The notes beneath the pieces are model-generated. The model ran no database searches. It saw only the letters and a list, made by a program, of their open reading frames with translations, and was not told where the DNA came from. A program made the position numbers and the translations under genes. Positions 18,942-29,595 of a DNA stretch of 59,972 bases are shown in pieces (position 1 is the first letter of the stretch; every line of letters starts with the position of its first letter). Origin of the DNA: a virus (taxonomy: Duplodnaviria > Caudoviricetes); IMG/VR virus record IMGVR_UViG_3300025137_000039, positions 1 through 59,972 of that record. One strand, written 5' to 3'.

Positions 18942-20498
18942 ATGGCTGCGATTATAACTGATCAACTTCGTATATTAAATGCCAAGAATTTTGTATCTGG
19001 TGTTCAGACAAGTACAAATTCATATTATACATTTATTGGACTTCCTAATCCGACTGACTATCTTTCAACCTGGAATAATGATCCACCTTCCCCAAAAGAT
19101 AGTTTAGATGAGTCAAATGATTATTATGATACTATGATTGCGTTGAAGAAAATATCTTCAACAGATGTAACACAGGTTGTTAAAAAGAACACTTGGAGAT
19201 CTGGTAATTTATATGATATGTGGAGGAATGATATTACTAGGTCAAATCCTTCACAACCATCTGGATCATTCAATATATATTCAGCAAATTATTATGTAAT
19301 TAATAGTGACTTCAGAGTGTATAGTTGTCTTAATAATAATGCATTACCTGAGAATGATTTTAAAGGAAGTCCCTCACTTGATGAACCATTATTCACTGAT
19401 TTAGAACCTAGAGCAGCAGGTTCAAGTGGCGATGGATATGTTTGGAAATATCTTTATACTATAAAACCAAGTGATGCAATAAAATTTGATTCTACAAATT
19501 ATATTCCTGTACCTAATGATTGGGGAAATACAAATGATACTAGTGTAATGAAGCAAAATGCTTCCTCTAGTGGTCAACTTAAAATCTGTACTATTAGAAA
19601 TAGAGGTGCTGGTTTAGGAAATGCTAATACTTACACCAATGTGCCTATCAAAGGTGATGGAAGGGGAGCAAAAGCAACCATAGTAGTTAATGCTGATTCA
19701 AAGATTGAATCTATTTCAATCACAAATGGTGGTTCAAACTATACTTATGGAACAGTTGATTATGTTGAAGGTGGAATTCCAACAGGATCAACTGCACCAG
19801 TTTTTGATGTTATTATACCACCTAGCAATGGTTATGGTTTTGATATCTACAGTGAATTAGGAGCATTTAATGTTCTTACTTATTCAAGATTTGAAAATGA
19901 CACTGAAAATCCAGATTTTATAACTGGAAATGAATTTGCAAGAGTTGGACTAGTTGAAAATCCACAACAGTATGGATCATCTAGTTTACTCACATCAGAT
20001 AAAGCATCTGCTACTTATGCATTAAAATTGACTGGAATTGGTTATAGTTCTGCAACTTTTACAGCAGATACAGAAATTACACAGAAAGTTGGTGTTGGAT
20101 CAACAGCAGTTGGAAGAGTAGTTTCATATGATCAAACCACAGGTGTTCTAAAATATTGGCAAGATAGAACAAATGTTGGATTTAATAGTGATGGAACAGT
20201 AAATTCATCTCCTAAATATGGATTTGAGTGCTTAAAATTTGATGGTAATGCTAAAGCATTTGATGGTAATGTTGATATTTTAGGAGGATCTGCTACTTTA
20301 CAGATAGGAACATCATTTTCAGGTATAACTACCATAATAAATAATAGGACATACAATCTTGGACAAGAATTTGTTCTAGGTGTTGCACAACCTGAATCAA
20401 AACAATATTCAGGCAACATTATCTATGTTGATAATAGACCTTCTATAACAAGGTCATCATCACAAAAAGAAGACGTCAAAATCATTTTGCAATTCTAA
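18942..20498 (+). CDS. gp8: baseplate wedge subunit gp8
   Basis: MAAIITDQLRILNA, YYVINSDFRVYSCL, DGYVWKYLYTI, C-terminal NR..ITRSSSQKEDVKIILQF. Confidence 0.93.
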   Translation: MAAIITDQLRILNAKNFVSGVQTSTNSYYTFIGLPNPTDYLSTWNNDPPSPKDSLDESNDYYDTMIALKKISSTDVTQVVKKNTWRSGNLYDMWRNDITRSNPSQPSGSFNIYSANYYVINSDFRVYSCLNNNALPENDFKGSPSLDEPLFTDLEPRAAGSSGDGYVWKYLYTIKPSDAIKFDSTNYIPVPNDWGNTNDTSVMKQNASSSGQLKICTIRNRGAGLGNANTYTNVPIKGDGRGAKATIVVNADSKIESISITNGGSNYTYGTVDYVEGGIPTGSTAPVFDVIIPPSNGYGFDIYSELGAFNVLTYSRFENDTENPDFITGNEFARVGLVENPQQYGSSSLLTSDKASATYALKLTGIGYSSATFTADTEITQKVGVGSTAVGRVVSYDQTTGVLKYWQDRTNVGFNSDGTVNSSPKYGFECLKFDGNAKAFDGNVDILGGSATLQIGTSFSGITTIINNRTYNLGQEFVLGVAQPESKQYSGNIIYVDNRPSITRSSSQKEDVKIILQF

Positions 20499-20504
20499 AG
20501 AATT

Positions 20505-23500
20505 ATGCCACAGGAAACTAATCTCAACGTTGCTCCCTATTTTGACGATTTTGATGCAACAAACAATTACAACAAAGTACTTTTCAAACCTGCATATCCT
20601 ATTCAGGCAAGGGAATTAAACACTCTTCAATCAATCCTGCAAGGACAGATTGAAAGTATGGCAGATAACCTTTTTCAGGAAGGTTCTGTTGTAATACCTG
20701 GAAATACTTTTTATGATGCTAATTTTTCTTGTATTCAGATTCAATCTGAATTCTTAGGCATTCCTGTATCATTATATCTTGACCAATTAGTTGGAAAGAG
20801 AATAACTGGAAGAACATCTGGAGTTACTGCAAAAGTAGTTACCACTATAACTAATGCTCAGTCTGACAGAGGAACATATACACTTTATGTAAATTATGAA
20901 AATTCAAGTTCTGATGGAACATCAAGAAAAGAATTTTTTGATGATGAAGTATTAACTGTAGATAAAGCAATTACATTTTCTACAACATTTATTGCAGCAA
21001 ATGAAGGTTTTGCCAATACAATAACCAATGAAGCAGCACAAACTGGTACGGCATTTACTTTAAGCACAGGAATATACTATCTTCGTGGAAATTTTGTAAC
21101 AGTATCAAATCAAATTTTAATTCTTGATCAATATTCTACAAATTCAAGTTACAGAATTGGTTTCCAAATCAATGAAGAATCTATTAATGCAGATGATGAT
21201 CCCCAACTATATGATAATGCAAGTGGATTTAATAATTATACAGCACCAGGTGCAGATAGATTAAAAATTACTGCGACTTTAGTTAAAAAATCGTCTGATG
21301 ATTATGACACTCAGGGATTTATTCAAATTGCTGAAACAAATAATGGATTTTTAACATCTAATAACACTTCTTCAACACAATATTCAACTATTGGTGCTGA
21401 AATGGCACAAAGGACCTTTGAAGAGTCTGGTCATTATTATATAAAAGAATTTACAACCAAGATAAAAGAAAGTCTTAATAATTTAGAAGGAAATAGAGGA
21501 GTTTATAAATCAAATCAGGCAACACAATCTGGAAATAACCCAAATGAAAATTTGATGATTTATCAAGTCTCTCCTGGAAAAGCATATGTGAGAGGTTATA
21601 TGGTAGATCTTCTTTCTACAAAATTAGTTGATGTTGTTAAACCTAGAACAACAAAAAACATTATAAATCAAGGTATAAATTTTAATTTTGTACCAACATT
21701 TGAAGTTAATAATGTATTTGGAAGTGCTCCAATTGGATTTAATACTACAAATACCATTTCTCTAAGAAATCAAAGAGTGGGAACTGCTGCAACAATTGCT
21801 GCTGGTAAAGAAATAGGTCAAGCAAGAATATATGATTTTGCTCTTGAATCTGGTGCTTATGATTCTGCTGCACCTAAAACAAATGTTTGGGATTTATCAC
21901 TTTTTGACCTAGAAGTTAATACAGATCTTACTGTTAACGTAGATACTTCTCTCTCAGTACCAACTCACATTGAAGGAGAAAATAGTGGAGCAAGTGGGTT
22001 CTTAAGATATTCTGCTGTAGGAACAGCTGTTACAATATACAATACAAAAGGTGAATTTGTACTTGGTGAAAGGATTAAATTTGATGGAATAATTGATAAT
22101 GCTAGATTTATTACAAATGTAAATAATAATTCTATTTCTGATGTAAAATCAGTTCATGCACAAGTTGGATCTGGGGCAACTTTTAGTGCTGATTTAATCC
22201 AATCATCATCATTATCATTTCAACAAGCAACTTTAACAGCAATAGATTCTAGCACTGGTATTTCAACTGTTACCAGCCCATCAATGGCAGGTAATACATT
22301 TGTTGGAGTAGTAACAACTGGAAATTTGATATCCTTCCAAAGACCAAATTTAATTGTTCCTTCTATAGCAAGAGTTAGTTCTGTTGGATCTACTAATTTT
22401 ACTGTTACTGGAGTAACTACTGTAACAAATGTTGCTGATGGCGCTCTTCCATCAGCAACATTTACAGCAACTGGACTTGAAGTTCTTACTTCTAGATTCC
22501 AACAAACGAATGGAACTGTAAATGAAAGATCATTATTCAGTGTACTTCCAAAGAAATTTGTTCAATCTGTTAATCTTGATAGATCCTCTGCTTTTCTCAG
22601 AGTAAGAAAAGAAATTACTATTGCTAATGGAGAAACTGGAGTTGTTTCAGTTGATGACACTAATAATCAAACATGGCAATCATTTGATGAGGAGAGATAT
22701 TCTCTTCAGAATGCTGATGGAACAACACAAGTTTTGACTGCTGATAAGATTACATTCAATGGTCAAAAAACAACTTTAACAATAAAAGGACTGGTTGGAA
22801 GTGGAAATGCTGTTCTAATTGGAACTGTAAATCAAAGATCAATAACATCAAAGATAAAGTTAAAAAAATCATCACAAAGTGTTATAATTAGTAAATCAAA
22901 TAATCCAGCATCTGGATTAGATGCTGTGGGAAAGGAAGGAACCACTTTAAATGATGGATTAGAATATGGAAATTATCCTTTTGGAACTAGAGTACAAGAT
23001 AATGTAATTTCATTAAATGTTCCAGATGTAATTAAAATTCATGGAATTTATGAATCATTAGATACCAATGACCCCCAACTCCCCTCTTTGACTTCCAATA
23101 ATATGACTGGACCCACTGGTTCAACATTGGATTTGATTGTAGGAGAAACATTTGTTGGGCAAACAAGTGGTGCAAAAGCAATCTATCTAAAACAAAATTC
23201 TACATCTTCAATTGGTTATTGCTATAAGAACAATAATACTTTTGAATCTGGTGAAGTTCTAATTTTTGATGAATCTGGTGTCAATGCAACTGCTGCTGAT
23301 ATTAATTCTGGATCTCCAGTTGTTACTGATAGATATAATTTAGATTCTGGACAAAGATTGGAAATTTATGATTATGCAAGAATTGTTAGAAGACAGAATT
23401 TTGATCCATCCAACAAAAAACTTTTAATTTACTTTACTGCAGCAGATTATGATCCAAATGATGAAGGAATTCTTACTACAGCAAATTCTTACGTAAATTT

Positions 23501-26500
23501 CAATTATGGTAATGAAATTTCTCAAATTAATAATATCAGAAATACTGATATTATTGATGTAAGACCTAGAGTTACAGAATATACTGTTGCTATTGATAAA
23601 GCATCTCCTTTTGAATTTGCTGGCAGATCTTTTTTAAATGAAAAGCACAGTGCTAAAAATATTTTAGCATCTGATGAATCAATGACCATAGATTATAACA
23701 TTTATCTTGGTAGAGCAGATAGAATTTTTGTAAAAGAAGATTCAAATATTGAGATAAAATTAGGCGCGCCTGCAGAGATACCAGAACTTCCAGATATTTT
23801 ACCTGGCGCACTTAATATTGCAAATGTATACAATCCACCATATCTTTTCAATATAAAAGATTCAAAAACAAAGTTTGTAAATCATAAGAGATATCAAATG
23901 AGTGATATCTCTAAACTTGAAAAGAGAATACAAAATCTTGAGTATTACACATCACTTAATTTACTTGAACAATCTACTCTCAATTCATTTGTTTCTGATG
24001 CTAATGGATTGAATAGATTTAAATCTGGTATTTTTATTGACAACTTCTCGTCATTTTTGCCACAAGATACAACAATTGGTATAAGAAATAGTATTGATCC
24101 TGTAAAAAAAGTTTTAAGACCTGCCCATTATTCAACAGCAATAAATTTACAAGTTGGTAATTCTACTATTCCTGGTCTTACTGGTGTAACAGCATCTAAT
24201 GCTGATTCAAGATTTGCAGATGTTTCTGGTCAAAATATTAGAAGAACTGGAAATGTAATTAGTCTTAATTATACAGACCAAACATTTATTACTCAACCAT
24301 ATGCAACAAGAATTGAAAATGTAACTCCTTTTCTTGTAACATATTATAATGGTAGTATTGCTTTAGAACCAACTGCTGATATTTGGGTTTCAACTCAAAA
24401 AGCACCTGAACCTAGAGATGTTACAATGGAAGGTTCATTCCAAGCAGTTTCTGATGCAATTCAATCAGAAGTAACTACTAATGAAGATGGATTAAGAATT
24501 GGTGTAGCACCAACTATGTGGAATTCTTGGGAAACCACTGGTGTAAATCTAGATCTTACTGGAAGACAGCAAACTGAAACATTTGCAGCTGCTTCAAGAA
24601 GAAATGGAGGTGAATTTAATAATTTGCTTCAAGGGCAAGATGCTAATAATAGTACAGTTACATCAACTACTATTGATGGATCAATAAACCTCTCTCAAAA
24701 TAGAACAGGAATTCAACAAACTGTTACTGAAGTAATTAACACAGAATCACTTGGAGATAGAATTGTAAGTAGAGATATTCTGCACTTTATGAGGCAGAGA
24801 AATATTCAATTTACTGGTAGAAGATTAAAACCATTTACATCAGTTTTTGCTTTCTTTGATAGTGTAGATATAAGTAATTTTATTACACCAAAATTATTAG
24901 AAATTAGTATGGTTTCAGGAACCTTTCAAGTAGGTGAAACTGTAACTGGTAGAATGAGATCAACTAGTTTAGGACCAATTAGTGATACTTCTCCTACAAT
25001 TACCTTTAGAGTTGCATCTTCTAATCACAAATATGGACCTTATAATAATTCAAATGATTTTTATACTGCCAATCCATATCAAAGAGGAGTAAATGTAGCA
25101 TCAAGTTATAGTCAATCTTCAACTACTTTGAATGTTGATACATTTAGTTTGCAGTCTGAAGAATTTCCACAATTTGCAGGTTTTGTAAGATCAGGAATGA
25201 TACTTACAGGTGCTAATGGTGCTGAAGCTATAATTACTGATGTAAATATTATTACTGATAATGTTGGAACTGTAATTGGTTGTTTTAATGTTCCATCTTC
25301 TAATGATGACACAACACCTGAATTTGTTACAGGTAGAAATGTATTCAGATTATCAAGTAGTTCTTTAAATAGTCTCATAAAAGGTTCCACAACAACTGCT
25401 GCTCAAGAAATTTTCTATTCTCAAGGTGATATTGACAATACTGAAGAGGTTACACTCTCACTTAGAAATGCAAGAGTAGAAACTATTGAGGATTCTGACG
25501 TCAGAACACTAGATAATCAAATAGATTTTGATATTGTTAATAATGTATCACTTAGACCACCTCCACCACCTCCACTACCACCAGATCCCCCAAGAAGAAG
25601 TGATCCAGATCCACCCAGACAAGGTGATCCATTAGCACAGACATTTGCTGTTGATGATTCTACTGGTGTATTTGTAAATAAAATTGATGTATTTTTCCAA
25701 TCTAAAGATGATATCTATCCTGTAACTTGTCAGATTAGAGAAACTACTTTAGGTACTCCTAATTCTAAAATTTTAGCATATTCTGAGGTAGAATTAACAC
25801 CAGATTTTGTTAATATTTCTGAAGATGGGTCTGTATCTACAACATTTACATTTGAATCTCCAGTATACTTAAAAGGTAAAGCAGAATACGCATTTATTCT
25901 TCTTTCAAGTGTTACATCTTATAATGTTTGGATTTCAAGATTGGGTGAAGCTGATGTAACAACATTAGCATCTGAATCTAGTCAAGTTTTAGTTACATCA
26001 CAACCAATTCTTGGTTCATTATTTAAATCACAAAATTCAAATGTTTGGACACCAAGTCAATATGAAGATTTGAAGTTTGTATTACACAGATGTGACTTTG
26101 TGGGAAGTGGAAATGTTCAATTCTATAATCCAGAACTTCCAACAGATCTTGAATCAATTTCAAGAGATGGAATCACTGCAATATCAAGATCTGTTGGAGT
26201 TGGTATTGGAACAACTGTAAATGATAATGATTTAACTTACCCATTGTCAGTTGGCAATAAGGTAACTCAAATTAATACAAATGCATCAGGTACATTAGAA
26301 AGATTTTCAGGAATTGGAACTGGTAATCTTATCTTAACTAATGTTGGAAGCGGTTACACCCCATCATCTGGTCAATTTACATTTTCTGGTATTGGTCTTA
26401 CTTCTCTTACTGGTTCAGGTCAAAATGCAACTGCTAATATCACTGTTAACAATGGAGTAGCAATTGCTGCAACTGTTCTTAATGGTGGTAGAGGATATCA

Positions 26501-28106
26501 AGTTGGTGATGTACTGCAACCACTTACATTTGGAGTTGATCAACTAGGTGCAAATATGCAACTATCAGTTGGAATAGTATCAGTATTCAATGAAATAATT
26601 CTTTCAAATGTTCAAGGTGATTTTTCAACTGATGTGGCTAATTACTTAGTGTATACAAATAATAATGGAAATAGAGACAGTATTAATGCTGGCGTTGGTG
26701 GCAGTGTAACTCCTAGTGAAATTGATGTTCTTTCAGATGGTCTTCACTTAAAGGTCTTCCAAAGAAATCATGGAATGTATTCTGAAATAAACAGAGTAAA
26801 AATTAATTCTGTAGAATCAAGTATTACTCCAACAGCACTTCTTGTTGATTATAGTAAAGATTCTACTGCATCAATTTCCATTGCTAATACATCAAACTTT
26901 GGTACATTTGAAAATGTTGGTGTTTCAAACACAAATCCAGGATTCGTTAAAATTAATAATGAAATTATTAAATATGAGGGTGTGACATCTGGTACAGGTG
27001 TTTCTGGCACTCTTACTGGTATTGGCAGAGCATTTGAATCAACTGTTCAATCAAGACACACACAAAATGATTTAGTATTTAAATATGAATTTAACAATGT
27101 TTCTTTGAGAAGAATTAACACCATTCACAACTTGAATGATTCAACAGTTGTTGACTCTATTGGTATTGATGAATATCATGTTAAGATTGACATGACTAAA
27201 AATGGTACTATTAGAACAGGAGTTGGTGGAACATTTATTCCTAAAACAAATTATCTTTCCTCTGGTATTGGTGGTGGATCTTTGTCTAAAGGAACTTATA
27301 ATCTTCCTTACTCAGTAATTGTTCCTAGTGTAACTTCAGCAGTTCCAGAAGGAACTTCAATCAATGGAAGTGTAAGAACTATATCAGAAACATCTGTTTC
27401 TGGAACAGAATCTTCATTTATTGATCAAGGTTATCAAGATGTAACATTCATGAAGAAAAATTATTTTGAATCACAAAGAATGGTTGCATCTCAAACAAAT
27501 GAAAACGATCTTTTGACAAATCTTCCTGGATCAAAATCATTTACAATGAACATGGATTTGTTATCTTATGATAAAAGATTATCTCCATTTGTAGATTTAG
27601 ATAAATCTTCAGTTATCTTTGTTTCTAACAGAGTAAATGGTCCTATAGTTAATTTTGCTACTGATTCAAGAGTAAGTAGCATTCCTAATGATCCAAATAG
27701 TATGATTTACGTTAGTAAGTTAGTTGAACTTGAAAATCCTGCAACATCATTGAAGGTATTCATTGATGGTTATATTGCCAATACAAGTGATTTAAGAATG
27801 TTCTTTGCTCTTAATCAAGAACTTAATGCTAATGAAACTATTTTCATACCATTCCCTGGTTTTCAAAATATTGATACATTTGGTAATGTAATTAATCCTG
27901 CAAATAGTGATGCAACTGCAGATAAAAAGATGTTTAAATCTGACAATCTGACCCCTGAACCTGCAATAAATGATTTTAAAGAATATATCTTTACAATGGA
28001 GAATCTTGCTCCATTCAGATCATTTAGATTGAAAATGATTGGTACTTCTACTAATCAAACAGTTGTCCCACAATTTAGAAATCTTAGGGCAATTGCATTA
28101 GCATGA
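20505..28106 (+). CDS. large virion structural protein, VrlC/DUF4815-like (2533 aa)
   Basis: NLNVAPYFDDFD, QARELNTLQSILQ, APGADRLKI, RTFEESGHY, KRYQMSDI..LEKRI.NLEYYTSL, DPLAQTF. Confidence 0.88.
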   Translation: MPQETNLNVAPYFDDFDATNNYNKVLFKPAYPIQARELNTLQSILQGQIESMADNLFQEGSVVIPGNTFYDANFSCIQIQSEFLGIPVSLYLDQLVGKRITGRTSGVTAKVVTTITNAQSDRGTYTLYVNYENSSSDGTSRKEFFDDEVLTVDKAITFSTTFIAANEGFANTITNEAAQTGTAFTLSTGIYYLRGNFVTVSNQILILDQYSTNSSYRIGFQINEESINADDDPQLYDNASGFNNYTAPGADRLKITATLVKKSSDDYDTQGFIQIAETNNGFLTSNNTSSTQYSTIGAEMAQRTFEESGHYYIKEFTTKIKESLNNLEGNRGVYKSNQATQSGNNPNENLMIYQVSPGKAYVRGYMVDLLSTKLVDVVKPRTTKNIINQGINFNFVPTFEVNNVFGSAPIGFNTTNTISLRNQRVGTAATIAAGKEIGQARIYDFALESGAYDSAAPKTNVWDLSLFDLEVNTDLTVNVDTSLSVPTHIEGENSGASGFLRYSAVGTAVTIYNTKGEFVLGERIKFDGIIDNARFITNVNNNSISDVKSVHAQVGSGATFSADLIQSSSLSFQQATLTAIDSSTGISTVTSPSMAGNTFVGVVTTGNLISFQRPNLIVPSIARVSSVGSTNFTVTGVTTVTNVADGALPSATFTATGLEVLTSRFQQTNGTVNERSLFSVLPKKFVQSVNLDRSSAFLRVRKEITIANGETGVVSVDDTNNQTWQSFDEERYSLQNADGTTQVLTADKITFNGQKTTLTIKGLVGSGNAVLIGTVNQRSITSKIKLKKSSQSVIISKSNNPASGLDAVGKEGTTLNDGLEYGNYPFGTRVQDNVISLNVPDVIKIHGIYESLDTNDPQLPSLTSNNMTGPTGSTLDLIVGETFVGQTSGAKAIYLKQNSTSSIGYCYKNNNTFESGEVLIFDESGVNATAADINSGSPVVTDRYNLDSGQRLEIYDYARIVRRQNFDPSNKKLLIYFTAADYDPNDEGILTTANSYVNFNYGNEISQINNIRNTDIIDVRPRVTEYTVAIDKASPFEFAGRSFLNEKHSAKNILASDESMTIDYNIYLGRADRIFVKEDSNIEIKLGAPAEIPELPDILPGALNIANVYNPPYLFNIKDSKTKFVNHKRYQMSDISKLEKRIQNLEYYTSLNLLEQSTLNSFVSDANGLNRFKSGIFIDNFSSFLPQDTTIGIRNSIDPVKKVLRPAHYSTAINLQVGNSTIPGLTGVTASNADSRFADVSGQNIRRTGNVISLNYTDQTFITQPYATRIENVTPFLVTYYNGSIALEPTADIWVSTQKAPEPRDVTMEGSFQAVSDAIQSEVTTNEDGLRIGVAPTMWNSWETTGVNLDLTGRQQTETFAAASRRNGGEFNNLLQGQDANNSTVTSTTIDGSINLSQNRTGIQQTVTEVINTESLGDRIVSRDILHFMRQRNIQFTGRRLKPFTSVFAFFDSVDISNFITPKLLEISMVSGTFQVGETVTGRMRSTSLGPISDTSPTITFRVASSNHKYGPYNNSNDFYTANPYQRGVNVASSYSQSSTTLNVDTFSLQSEEFPQFAGFVRSGMILTGANGAEAIITDVNIITDNVGTVIGCFNVPSSNDDTTPEFVTGRNVFRLSSSSLNSLIKGSTTTAAQEIFYSQGDIDNTEEVTLSLRNARVETIEDSDVRTLDNQIDFDIVNNVSLRPPPPPPLPPDPPRRSDPDPPRQGDPLAQTFAVDDSTGVFVNKIDVFFQSKDDIYPVTCQIRETTLGTPNSKILAYSEVELTPDFVNISEDGSVSTTFTFESPVYLKGKAEYAFILLSSVTSYNVWISRLGEADVTTLASESSQVLVTSQPILGSLFKSQNSNVWTPSQYEDLKFVLHRCDFVGSGNVQFYNPELPTDLESISRDGITAISRSVGVGIGTTVNDNDLTYPLSVGNKVTQINTNASGTLERFSGIGTGNLILTNVGSGYTPSSGQFTFSGIGLTSLTGSGQNATANITVNNGVAIAATVLNGGRGYQVGDVLQPLTFGVDQLGANMQLSVGIVSVFNEIILSNVQGDFSTDVANYLVYTNNNGNRDSINAGVGGSVTPSEIDVLSDGLHLKVFQRNHGMYSEINRVKINSVESSITPTALLVDYSKDSTASISIANTSNFGTFENVGVSNTNPGFVKINNEIIKYEGVTSGTGVSGTLTGIGRAFESTVQSRHTQNDLVFKYEFNNVSLRRINTIHNLNDSTVVDSIGIDEYHVKIDMTKNGTIRTGVGGTFIPKTNYLSSGIGGGSLSKGTYNLPYSVIVPSVTSAVPEGTSINGSVRTISETSVSGTESSFIDQGYQDVTFMKKNYFESQRMVASQTNENDLLTNLPGSKSFTMNMDLLSYDKRLSPFVDLDKSSVIFVSNRVNGPIVNFATDSRVSSIPNDPNSMIYVSKLVELENPATSLKVFIDGYIANTSDLRMFFALNQELNANETIFIPFPGFQNIDTFGNVINPANSDATADKKMFKSDNLTPEPAINDFKEYIFTMENLAPFRSFRLKMIGTSTNQTVVPQFRNLRAIALA

Positions 28107-28324
28107 ATTTGATACCAGTTGAAAACCAGGATGGTCTTTTTAGAGATTCAACTACTGGTGCCATTGTTAATACTAACAAAAATGAATTTGAAACCTATAT
28201 AACAAATAGAAAAAGACTCTCTTCTGAGAAGGAGAGAGTTAATTCTCTTGAAGAAAAAGTAGATGATTTAAAAAGTGATCTAGATCAAATCAAATCAATG
28301 TTAAGGTCAATAGTTAATGGCTAA
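28103..28324 (+). CDS. hypothetical protein with C-terminal coiled coil
   Basis: 73 aa, LFRDSTTGAIVN motif; ATGA overlap with the upstream gene. Confidence 0.8.
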   Translation: MNLIPVENQDGLFRDSTTGAIVNTNKNEFETYITNRKRLSSEKERVNSLEEKVDDLKSDLDQIKSMLRSIVNG

Positions 28325-28703
28325 CAACACAATTACTTTCAATCCAGATTCAAATGCTGCATATGGTGTAAACCTTACCATTTTTGAGGGTGCTGATTTT
28401 ATTTCAACTTTTGCAGTAAAACAAGAAAATAAATCTGCATTTAATTTATCTGGATATTCATTACACGCTAAGATGAAAAAAAGTGTTTCTATTGGAGCAT
28501 CTACTGGAGGAATTCAATCAATTTCTGCTAATATAACTAGTGCTTCTACTGGTGAGTTCAATATTTCACTTTCAGATACTATTACAAAAGATTTAAAACC
28601 AGGTAGATATTATTATGATATTAATGTTGTTAGTTCAGCATCAACTGTGTATAAAATGGTTTCTGGAAATGTAGTGGTGGAGGGAGGTCTATCCATTTCC
28701 TAA
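28317..28703 (+). CDS. putative virion structural protein (beta-sandwich)
   Basis: 128 aa, NLTIFEGADF...LKPGRYYYDI; located in the structural module. Confidence 0.75.
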   Translation: MANNTITFNPDSNAAYGVNLTIFEGADFISTFAVKQENKSAFNLSGYSLHAKMKKSVSIGASTGGIQSISANITSASTGEFNISLSDTITKDLKPGRYYYDINVVSSASTVYKMVSGNVVVEGGLSIS

Positions 28704-28727
28704 ATATAGGAAAGGATATAGTGTATA

Positions 28728-29591
28728 ATGGCACAACCATCTTCAAGACAAGAATTAATAGATTATTGCTTAAGACAGTTAGGTGCTCCTGTCCTTGAAA
28801 TTAATGTCGCAGAAGAACAAATACAAGATTTGATGGATGATGCTATTCAATATTTTAATGAAAGGCATTATGATGGTGTAGAAAAAGCATTTCTTAAATA
28901 TCAAATAACTGCAGAGGATGTAGATAGAGGAAAAGCAAGGCCACCAGGTGCTAAAAGTCCTACCACTGAAAAAGGAATAGTAAATACAGATGTTGCAACT
29001 ACTGTTGGAGGAGATGCTACAACATTTAAATTTTATGAGAACAGTAATTATATACAGGTTCCTCCTCAAGTTATAGGCATTGAAAAAATATTCAAATATG
29101 ATGATGCTCAAGTAGCAAGTAGTAGTAATATGTTTAGTTTCAAGTACCAAATGTTCTTGAATGACATTAACTATTTTGGGAGTATGGATTTACTATCTTA
29201 TTCAATGTCTATGAGTTATTTGGAAACTATGGATTTCCTTCTTAATACACATAAAAGAATTAGATTTAATATAAGACAAGATAGAATGTATCTTGATGTT
29301 GATTGGGACCAATTGAAAGAGGGAGAGTTTATTATTTTGGATTGTTATAGAGCACTTGACCCAAATGATTATTCAAGAGTATTTAATGATCCATTTATTA
29401 AAAAATATCTTACAGCATTAATTAAAAAACAGTGGGGACAGAACCTAATTAAATTTACAGGTGTAAAACTTCCTGGTGGTATTGAATTTAATGGAAGACA
29501 AATATTTGATGATGGACAAAGAGAATTGGATGAAATAAAAACCCAAATGATGAGTACTTACGAAGTTCCACCTTTTGATCTAATAGGATGA
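28728..29591 (+). CDS. gp13: neck protein gp13
   Basis: LIDYCLRQLGAPVLEINV, KKQWGQNLIKFTGVKLPGG. Confidence 0.95.
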   Translation: MAQPSSRQELIDYCLRQLGAPVLEINVAEEQIQDLMDDAIQYFNERHYDGVEKAFLKYQITAEDVDRGKARPPGAKSPTTEKGIVNTDVATTVGGDATTFKFYENSNYIQVPPQVIGIEKIFKYDDAQVASSSNMFSFKYQMFLNDINYFGSMDLLSYSMSMSYLETMDFLLNTHKRIRFNIRQDRMYLDVDWDQLKEGEFIILDCYRALDPNDYSRVFNDPFIKKYLTALIKKQWGQNLIKFTGVKLPGGIEFNGRQIFDDGQRELDEIKTQMMSTYEVPPFDLIG

Positions 29592-29595
29592 TTTC

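Noticed and set aside
6902-28106. Diversity-generating retroelement or invertible cassette acting on the giant structural genes
   Set aside because: No reverse transcriptase or invertase gene; no near-identical nucleotide repeat pair noticed (the repeats are protein-level only)
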